NCBI RefSeq assembly: GCF_011386835.1
Contig: NC_088793.1
Location: forward strand, 172,732,001-172,796,000
DNA: 64,000 nucleotides
Reading direction: 5' to 3'
Origin: Chrysemys picta bellii
Taxonomy: Eukaryota
Made by a program: the position numbers and the translations under genes. Shown in pieces: positions 51,343 through 63,821 of this stretch. The notes under the pieces are model-generated. The model was given only the letters and a program-made list of their open reading frames with translations, was not told the DNA's origin and ran no database searches. Numbering within the stretch: position 1 is the first letter of the stretch; every line of letters begins with the position of its first letter.

Positions 51343-53050
51343 CTGTAAAAATAAGGTAAAGAACACATCATAAAAATACAGTACATTTTGCCATAGCCTC
51401 ACATCTAAAAACACTTGGTAATCATCACTGGCAGCAAATATTAAAATACCTTCTCACTTGCTGAACACATTATACACTGTTAGCTGCAGCCAGCTTGAAA
51501 CCCAACCCAATCAAATCGGTTATGAATGTTCAGCACCTGAACACACATCCAGATGAGAAATAACATTTGTTTTTTTGGTTTAGTCATGAGGATTTGTGTT
51601 TCATGAATATAAACCTGCCTGTATCATGATACATCAGGTATTCGTCATGTTCAAATAGGTTTTTTTAAAGGTTAGATTACAAACTGAGCACACAATGGTC
51701 TTTACAGTTCTCAATTTTTGTTGCGTTTAAAGTTAATATGCAAATGGACATAAACTGTTCTTTCAACTTCCCTAGAACCGATTTTCTTCCTATCTAGCCA
51801 CTTTCTTTAGAGTATACATAACACATACCTATGCAGATTCCAAGTCAACATACAAAGACAGTAGTATTCTTTCATGCTCTTTCAAGTGATAAATGAAGCA
51901 CAGACCTTTTAAAGTTTTGTCTACGCCAGCAGTTTTCTTGAAGAGTCCTATCATTGCTCTTCCGCGAGCGCTAGAAATGGTGGAAGTGCTGATGTAGGTC
52001 AACTGCCTGAATTTTAATCACAAAGTCCACTAATATGGTTAGATGGCACCATAGTTGAAATGCTGGCAGTGAGTCTTGACAATTGCTTTCACTATTGATT
52101 GCATTGGTAGAGTTGCAACAGTGAGAGTAGAATAATGGAAATTTAAGGGGAAAAAGGTTAGTGTAGGCATAAATGGAGGTTACTTACCTGTAACTGGGAG
52201 TTCTGTGAGATGTGTAGTCCCTATCTGTATTTCACATGTGGCTTCACATGTGCGCCATGCGCCCAAGTCCGGAAGTTCTAATAAGCAGTGTCCGTTGGCC
52301 TGCACATGCACAGTAGATCTCCTTGTCCCGACCAAGGGCACAAGAGGCAATGTGGACCTATGCCTCTCCAATTCCTCTTCTGACCAAGAATCCAATAGGG
52401 TCCAAAGCAGAAGTGATGGAGGGCAGATAGCGGAATACTGATAGGGACCACACATCTCAAAGAACTTCCAGTTACAAGTAAATAATCTCCATTTCTTCTT
52501 CAAGTGCTGGTCCCTATGTGTATTCCACACGTTGGTGATTGACAAGCAGTGCTCAGACTGGAGTAAGAGGTGGAGGGGAGTTGGCAGCAAAGATGCTTGC
52601 AGTACTGCAGTTCCCACGGCTGAATCCTGGAGCACCATCCACACGTTCGCTAGACAGTTCAGGCCTCTGCTGTGGATATTGCTTGACCTCATGATCTTTC
52701 TGCTATGGCAAGAAAAAGTCTTGGTGATTTTCTTATAGGTTTAGTCCTTTGCAGATAGAATGCCAGGGCATGTCTGAGATTGAGGAAAAGAAGTTTATTC
52801 TCTTTAGCAAAAGTGTGGGATTTTCGATAAGGGACAGATAATTGGATATTCTAGTTGACATGGAATTCAGAAATAACCTTGGGGAGGAACTTAGGATGGA
52901 GATGAAGGGATACATTTTCCCTGTGAAAAAACATCTAAAAAGAGTCTGCCACAAGAGCTCCCAATTCACTCATCCCTCCTGGCTGAAGTGATAGCAACTA
53001 AAAATTGTTGTATTATGCAGTGTGTTGTGGACCTGTCAGTCCCAGGATAT

Positions 53051-53565
53051 TAGAGAGACAAGCTGGGGGAGGTAATATCTTTTATTGGACCAACTTCTGT
53101 TGGTGAGAGAGACAAGCTTCTGAGCCACAAAGAGATCTTTTGCAGGTCTGGGAAAGATACTCACAGCATCTGACCTATTAGTATCATCCTCAGAGAAAAC
53201 TTGCACAACACTTTCAAAAGACAAACTTGGGAGCTTACATTCATTTCTCTGCTAGACACTAAAAATCATGACTTGAACAGAGACATTGGATTTATGGCTT
53301 ATTACAACAATCTTTAACCCACTAACCCACTCTTTTTGTCCAAGGGCCGCAGAGGTGTTAATGGGTCACTCTACTTTGAATGTTCCCTTACAATATATGC
53401 TAAGTGCTTTTGCTAAACAATCTGCTCCACATTACATTTTGCTGTGACGCTGGGAGTACCTTTCCCAGACCTGAAGAAGAGTTCTGTGTGGCTCAAAAGC
53501 TTGTCCCTCTCACCAACAGAAGTTGGTCCAATAAAAGATATTACCTCACCCACCTTGTCTCTCTA
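53051..53565 (+). mobile_element. Penelope-like element, family B: GIY-YIG C-terminus with inverted pLTR pair, inserted in DIRS
   Basis: FKRQTWELTFISLLDTKNHDLNRD (GIY-YIG tail) near 53215-53285. About 120-bp repeats at 53051-53170 (minus) and 53446-53565 (plus). Confidence 0.8.
53468..53505 (+). ncRNA. Minimal hammerhead motif with mutated core (CGAAA to CAAAA)
   Basis: GAC-CTGAAGA-A-GAGT...GCTC-AAAA-GC-TT-GTC: stem I GAC/GTC, stem II GAGU/GCUC, G12 lost. Confidence 0.55.
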
Positions 53566-56229
53566 GCAACTAAAAATGAAACTTTCATGACCAGGTGAGA
53601 CATGAAGCATGTCACCAAGGGTTCAAACAGTGGTCTGATGAGTGCTGACAGGACAAGATTGAGGTTCCATTGAAATGTAGGTTTGACCACTGGTGGAATG
53701 GTCCTGATTAGGCCCCTCATGAATCTTCACTGGGTGGTGAAAACAGAATGTCTTCTGGCACTAATCGCTGCAAGATGGACTTGCAGCTCACTAATGGAAA
53801 GGCCTGAGTTTTTGGAGACAGGAGATAACCTAAAACAACCAGAGTATGTGCAGTGCCTGGAGAAGGTTGATTATGCTGCACCCAGGTAGAGAAACGTCTC
53901 AATTTAGCTAGGCGGCAGATCCTAGTTGAATATTTCCTACTTTGTGTAAGGATAGCCTGAATGGGTGCCGAACAGGGGCGGTCTATTTCTGATGACCATC
54001 CACACAACAGGCTATGAGATGGCGGGAGTCCAGACTGGGGGTGTCTGATTCTGCCCCCACTTCTGAGTTAGGAGGTCCAGGAAGGGGCAGATTCTGCTTG
54101 GGGGAAGGGAGGCTGATGTTTTCAAGAGTTCTGGGCACCAAAGCTGCTTGGGCCAACTGGGAGCTAGGCAAATGACTCTGGCCTTATCGTACCAGATCTT
54201 TCTCAGGACCTTTGGTAGCAGGAGAAAGGGAGGAAAGGCATAGCTGAGATTGGTTGTCCATGACAAAAGGAGAGCATCACCCTGGGAGTTGTGGCCAATA
54301 GCTCCTCAGGAGCAGTACGAGGGAAGCTTCTGTTCATTTGGGATGCAAAGAAATCTCATTGAGGTATAGCCCACTGAATATTTCACTCAGGACAGTCATG
54401 AATCTCCCACTTGTGGTCTGCAGAAAAGTGCCTGCTCACATTGTCTGCTGAAGAGTACTGAGCACCTGGGAGGAATGTGGCTACAATAGTGATGCCATTT
54501 CTGATTCACCAGTTCCAAAGCCTAACTGCTTCCAGGCAACGGGGAAGAGATCTTGTTAATTAGTTTATACGAAAGACTGAGGTGATGTCTGACATCACTT
54601 GGATATGGAGTGAACGTATAAGTGGGAGAAAGGCTCTGCAAGCCAGGCATTCTGCCCTCAGTTCTACTATGCTGATGTGCAGTCTGGCCTCCCAAGGGTC
54701 CCTGTACATTGTGCAGTGTGATTGTTCAGGTGAGCACCTCACTCAGAAGGGAAGCGTCTGTTATGATGGTGGCAGTGGCACTGTTGAAGGGAATGCCCAT
54801 TCTCACTCTCCCCAGGTTCGGACACCACATGAAGGAGGTGATGACTCTGGCAGGAACAGTCATACTAGAGTTGATGTGATCTTTGTCTGGTGCATAGATC
54901 GATCGGAGCCAGGCATGTAGACATCGTAGATGAAGCCTGGTGAATGACATCACATAAGTGCATGAAGCCATATGGCAAAAAGCGAGGGCCACATTCTGAC
55001 TGTAGTCCGTGGTCTGCGAGTAATCCATGCAATCAGGCTGCTCATTAACTGAAACCATTCTGTGGGAAGGAAAACTCTTACAGAAACAAACAGAGCCCAG
55101 TGTTACTCCAATGAAGTTTATCATCTGTGCGGGTGATAAAATGGACTTTTCTTTGTTTATGCAGATGCCTAGAGCTGCTAGAAGATGGAGCAGAAACTCT
55201 GTCGACCTACCAAGAGCCAATCGTCCAGACATGGGAAAACTGTAACTCTGATGTCTCATAATGGGCTCCCACCAAAGAGAAAACTTTTGTAAATACACTG
55301 GCTGCTGTTGCTAGTCAAATGGAAGGACTCTGAATAAGACATGTTCTTGGCCCACCATAAACTGCAGGAACCTTCTGTGGGAAGGATAAATGCCTACATG
55401 AAAGCATGGATCCTTCATGTCGAGAGCCACAAACCACATTCTCTCCTGTAAGGAGGGGGATTATCGATGCTAACATAACCACCTTGAATTTCAGCTTTCA
55501 AATAAACATGTTTAGTTGCTGAAGGTCCAGAATGGGTCTCCATCCTCTGTCTTTTTGGGACACTAGGAAACACGGCGAATAGAACTCTCTCCCTTATAGT
55601 GAGGTGAGATATGTTCTATTGCCCCTCATTGTAGGAGGGAGTTCATCTCTTGATAAAGAGTCACCTAGAGAGAGTGGTTCCTGAAGGGGGACCAGGAAAG
55701 GGTTTTGTGAGAGCAGAGGGAGAGGAACTCAATGGAGTATTGTTGATGGATAATTTCCAAGAGTCAACTGTCTGTTGTGACAAGGAGATCTACTGAGCAT
55801 GTGCAGGCTAAAGGATACTGCTTGTTAGAATATCCGGACTTAGGTGCATGGCACCCATGGACCTGCACTCGAAGAAGAACCATAGTCAGGTTCTTAACAA
55901 TTTCATTCAACAGTGGTAGCCATGCAACCTTGGTTTCAGGACATGTATTCAATTGAAAAGCTTTCTGCTTCAATTTATCCATTTAAACTTTGACAACTTT
56001 TAAGCAATCTGCATATTCTGTAGCAAGCTAATAGGATCAGTATAATGAAAATATATAAACCGTTGTGAAAAAAATTACAATTCTAAGAAGATATTATGAA
56101 ATGACAGAGAGAAACAAATAATTACAGTGTTTGCCATTAAAAAGCTAGACTATTCCAGTAATTATTACACAGTGGTATCGGAGTTACCGGTTAACATGCC
56201 TATTCCTCTCTCAAGTCCTTTCTGAAACA

Positions 56230-56437
56230 CTGCCTCTAACTCCCCGTTTACACTGGAGCACCAGCATCTCAGCCACTCCGCACCAGCTGCTAATCCTCTC
56301 GGGGAGGTGGAGTACCTGCAGCGCTGCAGCTACGGAGGTACAGCACTGTACGTGCCTTGCCAGTGTGGACAGGGAGTGAGTTACAGCGCTGGGGGCGGCT
56401 TTAGTGCACTGTAACTCTCAAGTGTAGCCAAAGCCTA
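56230..56437. mobile_element. Harbinger-type MITE remnant
   Basis: Ends ...caagtgtagccaaagcctaa with internal cagcgctg palindromes. Left boundary uncertain. Confidence 0.45.
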
Positions 56438-57510
56438 AGAGTCCTAAAGGCTCTTGGCTTTGAGACACATTTGCCCCACCCAAATTGGGTAATGTGCCAA
56501 AGACAGTACAGCTCAGATGAGCCCCACATATCTAGACCATACAGTGCTTCATGAAAGCATCTTACATGTTCTCAGAAGCTAATGAAAGGAAGAGAGCATG
56601 ACAGTTTGTACCTACTCGTATGCCTTGTACCTACTCAACTGTAGGCATGTATTTAAGTATATGGGATTCCAGTTCATTCAGAAAACATCTGAAAGTAGTA
56701 TCTGCCTGATGGCCAGAATTTAACATTATAATTATACAGATCTATATCTATCTATCTATATATCTATATAAAAACAAGTGACCAATGTGAAAACACAGCA
56801 ATAAAACTGAATGCCAGTAGCCTTTGGGTTAAACCTTCCCTCTTTTAAAATCTCTTGGTGGCCTATTTTAGATAATAAAGTCATGAGCAATCCTGTCAAT
56901 TCTTGCAATTCCAGTAAAAATCTTAAATCACCAGTATAGTTTCTTACAAACAATACTGTTGTGAACTACAGAATTTGATAGTTTCTAGGCAGATCCACAG
57001 ATGTGAAACTGTAGAATAGAACCTTTTTAATCTACACAAATGAGTGAGAGACCCAGTGTGAATCAGAGTGCATTTGGGGAGAAGTAATTGTACGTGACAT
57101 GGTGTTCACTGATTACTATTTGGGAAGTGTCATATGATATACACTGGTCCCACCATCTGACAGCTGCAGCATCTTGCTAATTCCCAATTGATTATTATTC
57201 ACTCATTTATAGAATGTTCGCTTCCTGGTCTGGGGCCGCTTTAAATAATTCAAAGCCAGATACACTCCTTCAAAAATACAGCACACATACTTCCTATCTC
57301 TCTGTAATAACCACTCACTTCTGTGAAACACCAATTTTGTAAACAGAAAGAAAACCTTTTTTTAATTGTATTTTTAGGTTTGGGGTTTACTGAAGTACTG
57401 AATTATTTCTTTCCCCATTAAAGATTCCTTCAATTCTGAAGAGACTTATTTAAAACTGCAAACAATGTATATTTTAATAGATTGGTAAAATGCAAAGATG
57501 GAGACTATAC

Positions 57511-57632
57511 CTGTCAGAGGCACTTATGATATTCATAGCCCAGTTTAAGAACTCTTTTGGATTCATTTTTATAGAATCTTCTGTCCTTGGAAGCACATTT
57601 CTGAGATCCATACAATAAAGAATTTCTAGGGC
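57511..57632 (-). CDS. THADA: THADA exon (122 bp)
   Basis: ALEILYCMDLRNVLPRTEDSIKMNPKEFLNWAMNIISASD(S) matches recalled ILHCMD...LTPKEFLIWTM. catgcag| and |gtatag, phase 0 to 2. Confidence 0.92.
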
Positions 57633-58171
57633 CTGCATGTATAATCCACAAACAAAATACTGGTAAGTAAAAAAACAGTGACGCCAGCTGTATTTTTTTT
57701 TCTGTTTTATCAGCAATGAATTTATCACAATTATATTTTAGATGTATTGATCTATATACCTATCTATATATATATAGTAACTGGGTAATGGGCTTCAAAA
57801 TGATATTGTAGTTTATGTAAAATAAATACAAGTCCACATATTTTGTATTTAATTCTCAAATGCACAGATTCACTTCTAACAAATTGTTGAATTAATATAC
57901 AGGCAGCAAACCATGGTGAAAAAATGCAGATTTCCCAGTAGGACTAGAAAAGTGATAAGAATATAAATATCAGACAGTGGAAGTTTTACTTTTAAGCAAG
58001 AAAATGGACTTCTAACTCTCTATTACAAAATCAAAGTAAAATTCCTGGGTAATATTAAGAGAAAGAGACAAAAAAGTCATGATCAAAAATACAGCAGGAG
58101 CATTTTTTGAAAAGAATTAGACACATTTACTGAAAACATTTCAAATCTTGAGAAAACTGAATGGCTCCTAC

Positions 58172-58584
58172 CTTATAAAAACATTCCGGATGCTTTTCCT
58201 TCATAGCCATCCTAAGAAGAGTCACCTCCAAATCAGAAAGTAAGGACAATGGACCTCTCTTTTCCTCTGTAGCCTGCTTAGAATTTACCTGCTTCCACCA
58301 TAGCAGCACTGCTTCCAACATTGGCAGACGCACTTCATGAAAGTCAGATTGAAGCAAGTGAACTACCATTGAAGAAGGATTCATCATTTGCTCTGCAACA
58401 GGTGAACTACTGTTTGAGAAGTCAGGATCTGCGGCCACTGAGAGCACAGAGATTACAAGTTTGGTGATACTCTGAAGATAGTGTGTGAATCCTGGTACTG
58501 CAGAGAAGTAGTGGATACCTGTCATCAGCTCAGAAGCTGAGATAACCCTACTTATTTCCTCCCAAAAGCCAAATAACTCTATTC
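58172..58584 (-). CDS. THADA: THADA exon (413 bp), most 5' THADA exon found in the window
   Basis: IELFGFWEEISRVISASELMTG...VPGFTHYLQSITKL...FHEVRLPMLEAVL...MAMKEKHPECFYK matches recalled GFWEEVRGIISGSEL...KENHPECFCK. ctatttcag| and |gtagga. Confidence 0.94.
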
Positions 58585-60532
58585 CTGAAATAGAATGTAA
58601 AAAAATAAATAAATAAAAATACAAATTGATATTATACATGTATTCTTGACAACTAAAGGATTCTATGTAATTAAAAACCCTGAGGTTTGAAAAAATGGCC
58701 AGAACATAAATGCAGATACTAAAGTGAAAACAAAGTTATTTTCCTTCTTTTCTTTGAAGTGATCTGATTTATAAAATTACTGTCACAGATGCCTTGTCAT
58801 ATGTATTTATGTTTACAGACTAATAACTCAAAAAATAAAATAAACATTTTTATAAACTGTCATAATATAGTACTAAACTCTCTCAACTGTACAGTATAAA
58901 CCAATCAGATAAATGAGAAAAAGTTTCAAGTTCAAGCATTTTGGTTCCAAAACTGAAAAAGGCCTCATATTTAGAGAGTCTGTGTCCCCAGATTGCTTCA
59001 GAGCTGTCCTCAATGGTATTTTAGATATGCAAAATTCCACTTGCCCCCTTGCTCAAGTAAGTAATAATTTTTTTCAGGGACATATGAGTTTGTCATGGTA
59101 CAACAGGGTGAGCAGATTTTACACCTAGTCAGTAAGCTTTCATTATAACTTTGCAAGGCTGTAGGGACAGCATTAGCTTATGGAGTAAATGCCCATAGAT
59201 TTTGAGGGGAATTATTCTGATACCTTAAAAATGCAGGGCCAAACATCTATCGGGCTTACACTGCATGTTGCAGGGGGATAATGCCATTCTGGTATCTCTC
59301 TCCTTTTTCTACACATACCAGACACTTTTTCTGTATTTGGATGATTTCCGGCTTCCCTGTGTATGGTGGGAGATTGGATAATTTGGACCTAATTCTTCAT
59401 GTTTCAAATAATGTCCTGTTAGTATTGGAAACCTTAAAACAGGAACTGCAGGCCCACTTGGTAATATCTTTGCATATTTGCTTTGCCTTAGGATACCAAC
59501 AATGCTCCATATTCTCTCCAAAATTCTTCTCCACAAAAATAAATACCTCTTATCTCAATATAGTGAAAATATTCTTGTTTTTATACCTCGGCATGAAGAA
59601 ATTTTTCCAGGCTTTCATGGAAATATTTATTTTTCTGCTTAACTCTTTTCTTTGGCCAAACTCAAAACTTTTGACTAAACCGATAAACACATTAATTACC
59701 AAAGTAAATGTCTGTCTCTGTTATTAAAATACCAAACAAACAAAAACATTCTGCATAGTCCGGGTGATCAGCTGCTGCAGGAGGGAACAGGAACCACCCA
59801 TGGCTGACTAAGCAGTGATGTTTGCAAGCAGCAAAGGGAGTTTTGTTGAGTCCTCCTTAACCCGGATGGTGACAGATGCAACAAGGAGCCTCAAGAATGA
59901 AGGAGGAAGTACAAACAAGGAGCAAATGAGGTGACCCTCAGTACTTGACTGGGATGAGAAGGAACTGCCCCTCTCCCACAGAATATTAACATGGTTCCCG
60001 TCATTGTAGTATCTGAATGCCTCAAAATCTTTTAATGTATTTACTATATATGGGGAAAATAGATACTACTTCACCCAAGGACATCGGATTTCTAAATGAA
60101 AAACACAAATTCCATAAAATATCTTGGGAAGGCTCCATGAAGTCATGGACATATTAGCATCTCCCACAGCAATGCTGGTAGGTGTTTTCCTCTCACTTGT
60201 GATCTACTCACATCTAGCCAGCCAGGAAGTGAAGAATCCCTTATTCATTTGAAACTGCAGAGGGAAATAAGGATGGCAGAATGGAATTAACAGAGCTAGT
60301 CAACATGATTAGAACTGGTTAGGACCCTGGATTCACAACTAAACTGAAACACATCAGCTACAGCAGCACACTGTCCCCTACCATCACTGCATCAGTACTA
60401 ATTTGGAAGGAAGAATAGCACCTGCTGAATCACCAGTAGCACTTCCTGAAGCATTCAGGTGTTCCTTGGATAGCTCCCATTCAAGTTGTTTTCTAGTCAC
60501 TTCCTGCTTTGTTTATAAGATCACACAGATTT

Positions 60533-60726
60533 AAAGCAACAAAGAGTCCTGTGGCACCTTATAGACTAACAGACATATTGGAGCATAAGCTTTCGTGGGT
60601 GAATACCCACTTCGTCACCCATGAAAGCTTATGCTCCAATATGTCTGTTATTCTATAAGGTGCCACAGGACTCTTTGTTGCTTTTTACAGATCCAGACTA
60701 ACACGGCTACCCCTCTGATACTTGAC
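60533..60726. mobile_element. PLE family A insertion arranged as an inverted duplication
   Basis: 70-bp arms 60533-60602 and 60615-60684 (2 mismatches) around a 12-nt spacer. The plus arm continues ttacagatccagactaacacggctacccctctgatacttgac. Confidence 0.85.
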
Positions 60727-61034
60727 AGATTTAAAGCTCAGGATTAAAGCTCAAGGTGGTGTGGCAATAAAGACAGAAAGAATGATTACAGTTTGCATAT
60801 TGAGAGCTCAAAAATAGTACACGTTTACTCCACCCTGCCTTATGAAGCCTTCCAAAACCACAGCAATACCTAAATACTGTTAGTAACAGCATTTGAATGC
60901 TTTTAAAGGCGGAAAAGGCAACTCCTTAGGAAGTGTGGAATGATACATTATGTGGTTATGTCAGAATCAGGAGCCACTATGAAATAGCCTTCAGTGAATA
61001 TTGAGCCCATCATTTCAAATGGGTGAAATACAAG

Positions 61035-61385
61035 AACTTGTAAAATAGCTCCAGCTGTCAGCTCCCGAAAACCGGACATATGGTAACAACTCCCCCATAC
61101 CCTGCAACCCTCACTTCCACGCTGCTGCTGGCAGAGGCTCTGGCTTTAGAGCTGGGTGCCTGGCCAGCATCCTTCCTCTCTAGCTGCCCAGCTCTGAAGG
61201 CAGTGCCCCTGCCAGCAGCAGGGCAGAAGTGAGGGTGGCAATCCCATGACCCACTTGCAGTAGCCTTGTGACCCTCCCACTCTGCTCGCTTTTTGGTTCG
61301 GGACCCTCACAGTTACAACACCATGACATTTCAGATGTAAACATCTGATAACGTGAAATTGACCAAAATGAATCATTAATTTGGT
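61035..61385. mobile_element. hAT-type non-autonomous fragments
   Basis: ggacatatggtaac end followed by cagctctgaaggcagtgcc...ggggccctaa, motifs recalled from turtle hAT elements. Confidence 0.45.
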
Positions 61386-61899
61386 GGGGCCCTAATTATA
61401 AGGAGGTATAGAGTGAGTCTTTTCTGAAAGCTAACAACACACTGGTGATTTATATCATTGTGAAATGTATTTATTAACACTGTATGAGGAAATATGCCAT
61501 TATACCACACTAAAAATAATCTATTTGTAAGACTTCCTTCAGGTCCACCAGTTATCAGCTCTTTGGGAACTCATGCAGGTCTTAACAGCGATAGTAGTTA
61601 AAGTCTCTAGGAACTTCTCTGTACCCATTCCTAAATGTCATCTTCATTTGAGCATCACTGGTTGGGTGTCTCATTGAAAGATGCAGTGGACTCTGAGCAT
61701 GCTCCAGACTTGTGTGTTCTTAGTGGTTTTATTCCCTACACAAAAGATATAGGGGAACAGGAGCTCACAGAACAGTAGCATCATTGTCTATCTATATCTA
61801 CAGTTACCTAGGCTCTGGGTCTTCTGCATAGACAAGGCTAGAACTCCACAGATTTATTCTTGCCCTTTGGAATCAGTCTAAGGATCGAATATCTCCATG

Positions 61900-62330
61900 G
61901 ATGATCCATTGTCTGCTGTGATGGACCATTAGAAATATCACAAGTCCCCTAGTTACACCAATCCCCAGAGTCTTGACAATAGATGCAAGAATTCTAGGTA
62001 GAGGAGCAAACTCAGGGAAGATGTTCAAGGACCAAAAATCTACGCAGCATACATCTCTTGGAAGAGATAGATGCCTATCTGTAAAATGATGACAATATAA
62101 TTGGGACAAATTATGCTATTTGTATACATCATCCATCAAGGATGGGAAACAAATTCAAGTCTAAATGTAGAAACAACTCAGACACTTTCCTGGGCAGAGT
62201 GTCCCCTAGCCTCACTCCACGTGGAACATAGTAAGGGATCTCTGAGATGGAAGACTGGCTAATTAGCCAACCATTTAACAACTTAGTGGTCACAGATATT
62301 CCAGTCTATATCATAGCTGGGAATGGATGG
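61900..62330 (+). mobile_element. Possible ancient LINE RT remnant (L2/RTE-like)
   Basis: Scattered weak motifs across frames (KIYAAYIS, MEDWLISQ). No intact catalytic motif. Confidence 0.25.
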
Positions 62331-62940
62331 CCTACCTCACTCTTGGTCAACTATGCCTTTCCTCCACCACCACTGCTGAGAGTAGAAGGAAAGAGGAATG
62401 TGGAACTGCCCTCAGTTTTACCAGGTCCAAACTCCATGCTCTCCCTAGTCAGTTCTGAAACACTACCACATGGAGGGTTCCCACAGCCACAACAGCAGCA
62501 GAGTGTGGCTTGGTGGTAGTTGCACCAAAAAGTGGCAAGAGTGGCAGCCCTCATAGTATTGATTATGTTTGGGTCACATTTTCAAGCTTTTCTTTACAAC
62601 CATAAGGACAACAAACAATTTTTTTTAAATGAAAGCTTAGATCCTGACATCACATGACCCAGGAAGCCGGGCCCTAGTGACACTACTCTTCTGCCTATGC
62701 CTTAGTCCAGTCCTGCCTATGGGTGTATTCAAAACCCACTGAGAGTGAGCAATGCCTGAGGACTCCAGTGAAACCCAGCAGAGCTTGCGTGATGATAGTG
62801 ATCAGCACTGTCTACTGTTAGGTGGAGCTTGGCTTATGAGAGAGTTTAGGAGTACCTTTTTTGAATTAATTCAAACTGTTTATAACTAAAATAATAGAAA
62901 ATTTTAGTTCTACTAGTCCTATCTAGAAGCCTATGGCGAT

Positions 62941-63542
62941 CAGGGCCGGCTCCAGGCACCAGACGACCAAGCATGTGCTTGGGGCGGCACCTGGTAAGGG
63001 GCGGCCAATCTTGGGGTGGCGGGGGGCGCTCAGGGTTTTTTGTTTTTTTTTTTGGGGGGGGGGTTCGGTCAGGAGGCGCTGGGGTGGGTTGTTTTTGTTT
63101 TGGCGGCTGGGGGGGGGCAGCGGCGCTCTGGGGGGGGGGTGGCGGCGCGGTGGGGCGCTCCGTGGGGGGAGAAGGGGGGATGTTCAGCAGCACTCGGCGC
63201 GCTCTGCGGGGGGCTAGGGGGTTCGGCGGGGGGGGGTTCAGCGGCGCTCCGCGGGAGGTGTGTGTGGTGGTGGGAGGGTTCGGCAGCGTGGTGCTCCGCG
63301 GGGGGGCTGGGGGGATTCGGCAGTGCTCTGCGTGGGGCTGGCGTGTTCGGCAGCGCTCCGCGGGGGGGTTGGGCGGGGGTTGGCCGCGCTCCGTGGGGGG
63401 CTGGGGGGTTCGGCGGTGCGACGCTCCACGCGCGCAGGGGGAGAGTGGCAACGCGGTGCTGAGGGGGTGTGTTATGGCAGCGCTATGGAGGGCAGCACTC
63501 TTTTTTTTGCTTGGGGTGGCAAAAAAGTTAGAGCCAGCCCTG
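62941..63542. mobile_element. GC-rich non-autonomous hAT element with internal tandem repeat
   Basis: TIRs CAGGGCCGGCTC / GAGCCAGCCCTG, TSD atggcgat / atggcaat, repeated gggttcggcagcgctccgcgggggg units. Confidence 0.85.
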
Positions 63543-63821
63543 ATGGCAATGTCTTCACTGTATAGTTAACTCAAGTTTTATATGCTTGAGTTAACTCCTC
63601 TTGAAGTTAGCCTAGCTCGATTGAGAGCAGCCACACTGTAAATACCACTCCAGATGTACAGTGATTGGATCTGCAGCTGATAAATTGTGCTAACTTGAGC
63701 TGTAACCTGTACCCCCTGCACCACCACACTTGAGTTCAGAATGTGTATGTATCGATGGGACTCAAGTTAGAGGCAAGACTCGAGTTATAAATCACGTTAA
63801 CTCTGCAGTGAAGACAAGCCC
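63543..63821. mobile_element. PIF/Harbinger-type MITE
   Basis: TIRs GGCAATGTCTTCACTG / CAGTGAAGACAAGCC. The preceding hAT element inserted at its left terminus. Confidence 0.7.

Larger units (their letters stand above)
52171..55880 (-). mobile_element. DIRS retrotransposon, internally deleted and decayed
   Basis: Minus-strand remnants of RT (LGICINKEKSILSPAQMINFIG), RNase H (IITDAS), methyltransferase-like (YAFPP...APSWPKQLW) and tyrosine recombinase (DSAVGTAVLQ). Inverted terminal repeats at about 52250-52330 and 55775-55880, plus an internal complementary region at about 52440-52530. Confidence 0.85.

Noticed and set aside
59309-59536. Endogenous hepadnavirus core fragment (LKHEE..GPNYPIS versus FKHQEE..QPDYPIT)
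   Set aside because: The similarity is limited to a few residues, with no flanking polymerase or core motifs, and other element classes fit equally weakly.
63100-63430. CRISPR-like repeat array
   Set aside because: The context is eukaryotic, there are no unique spacers or cas genes, and it is an internal tandem repeat of a hAT element.
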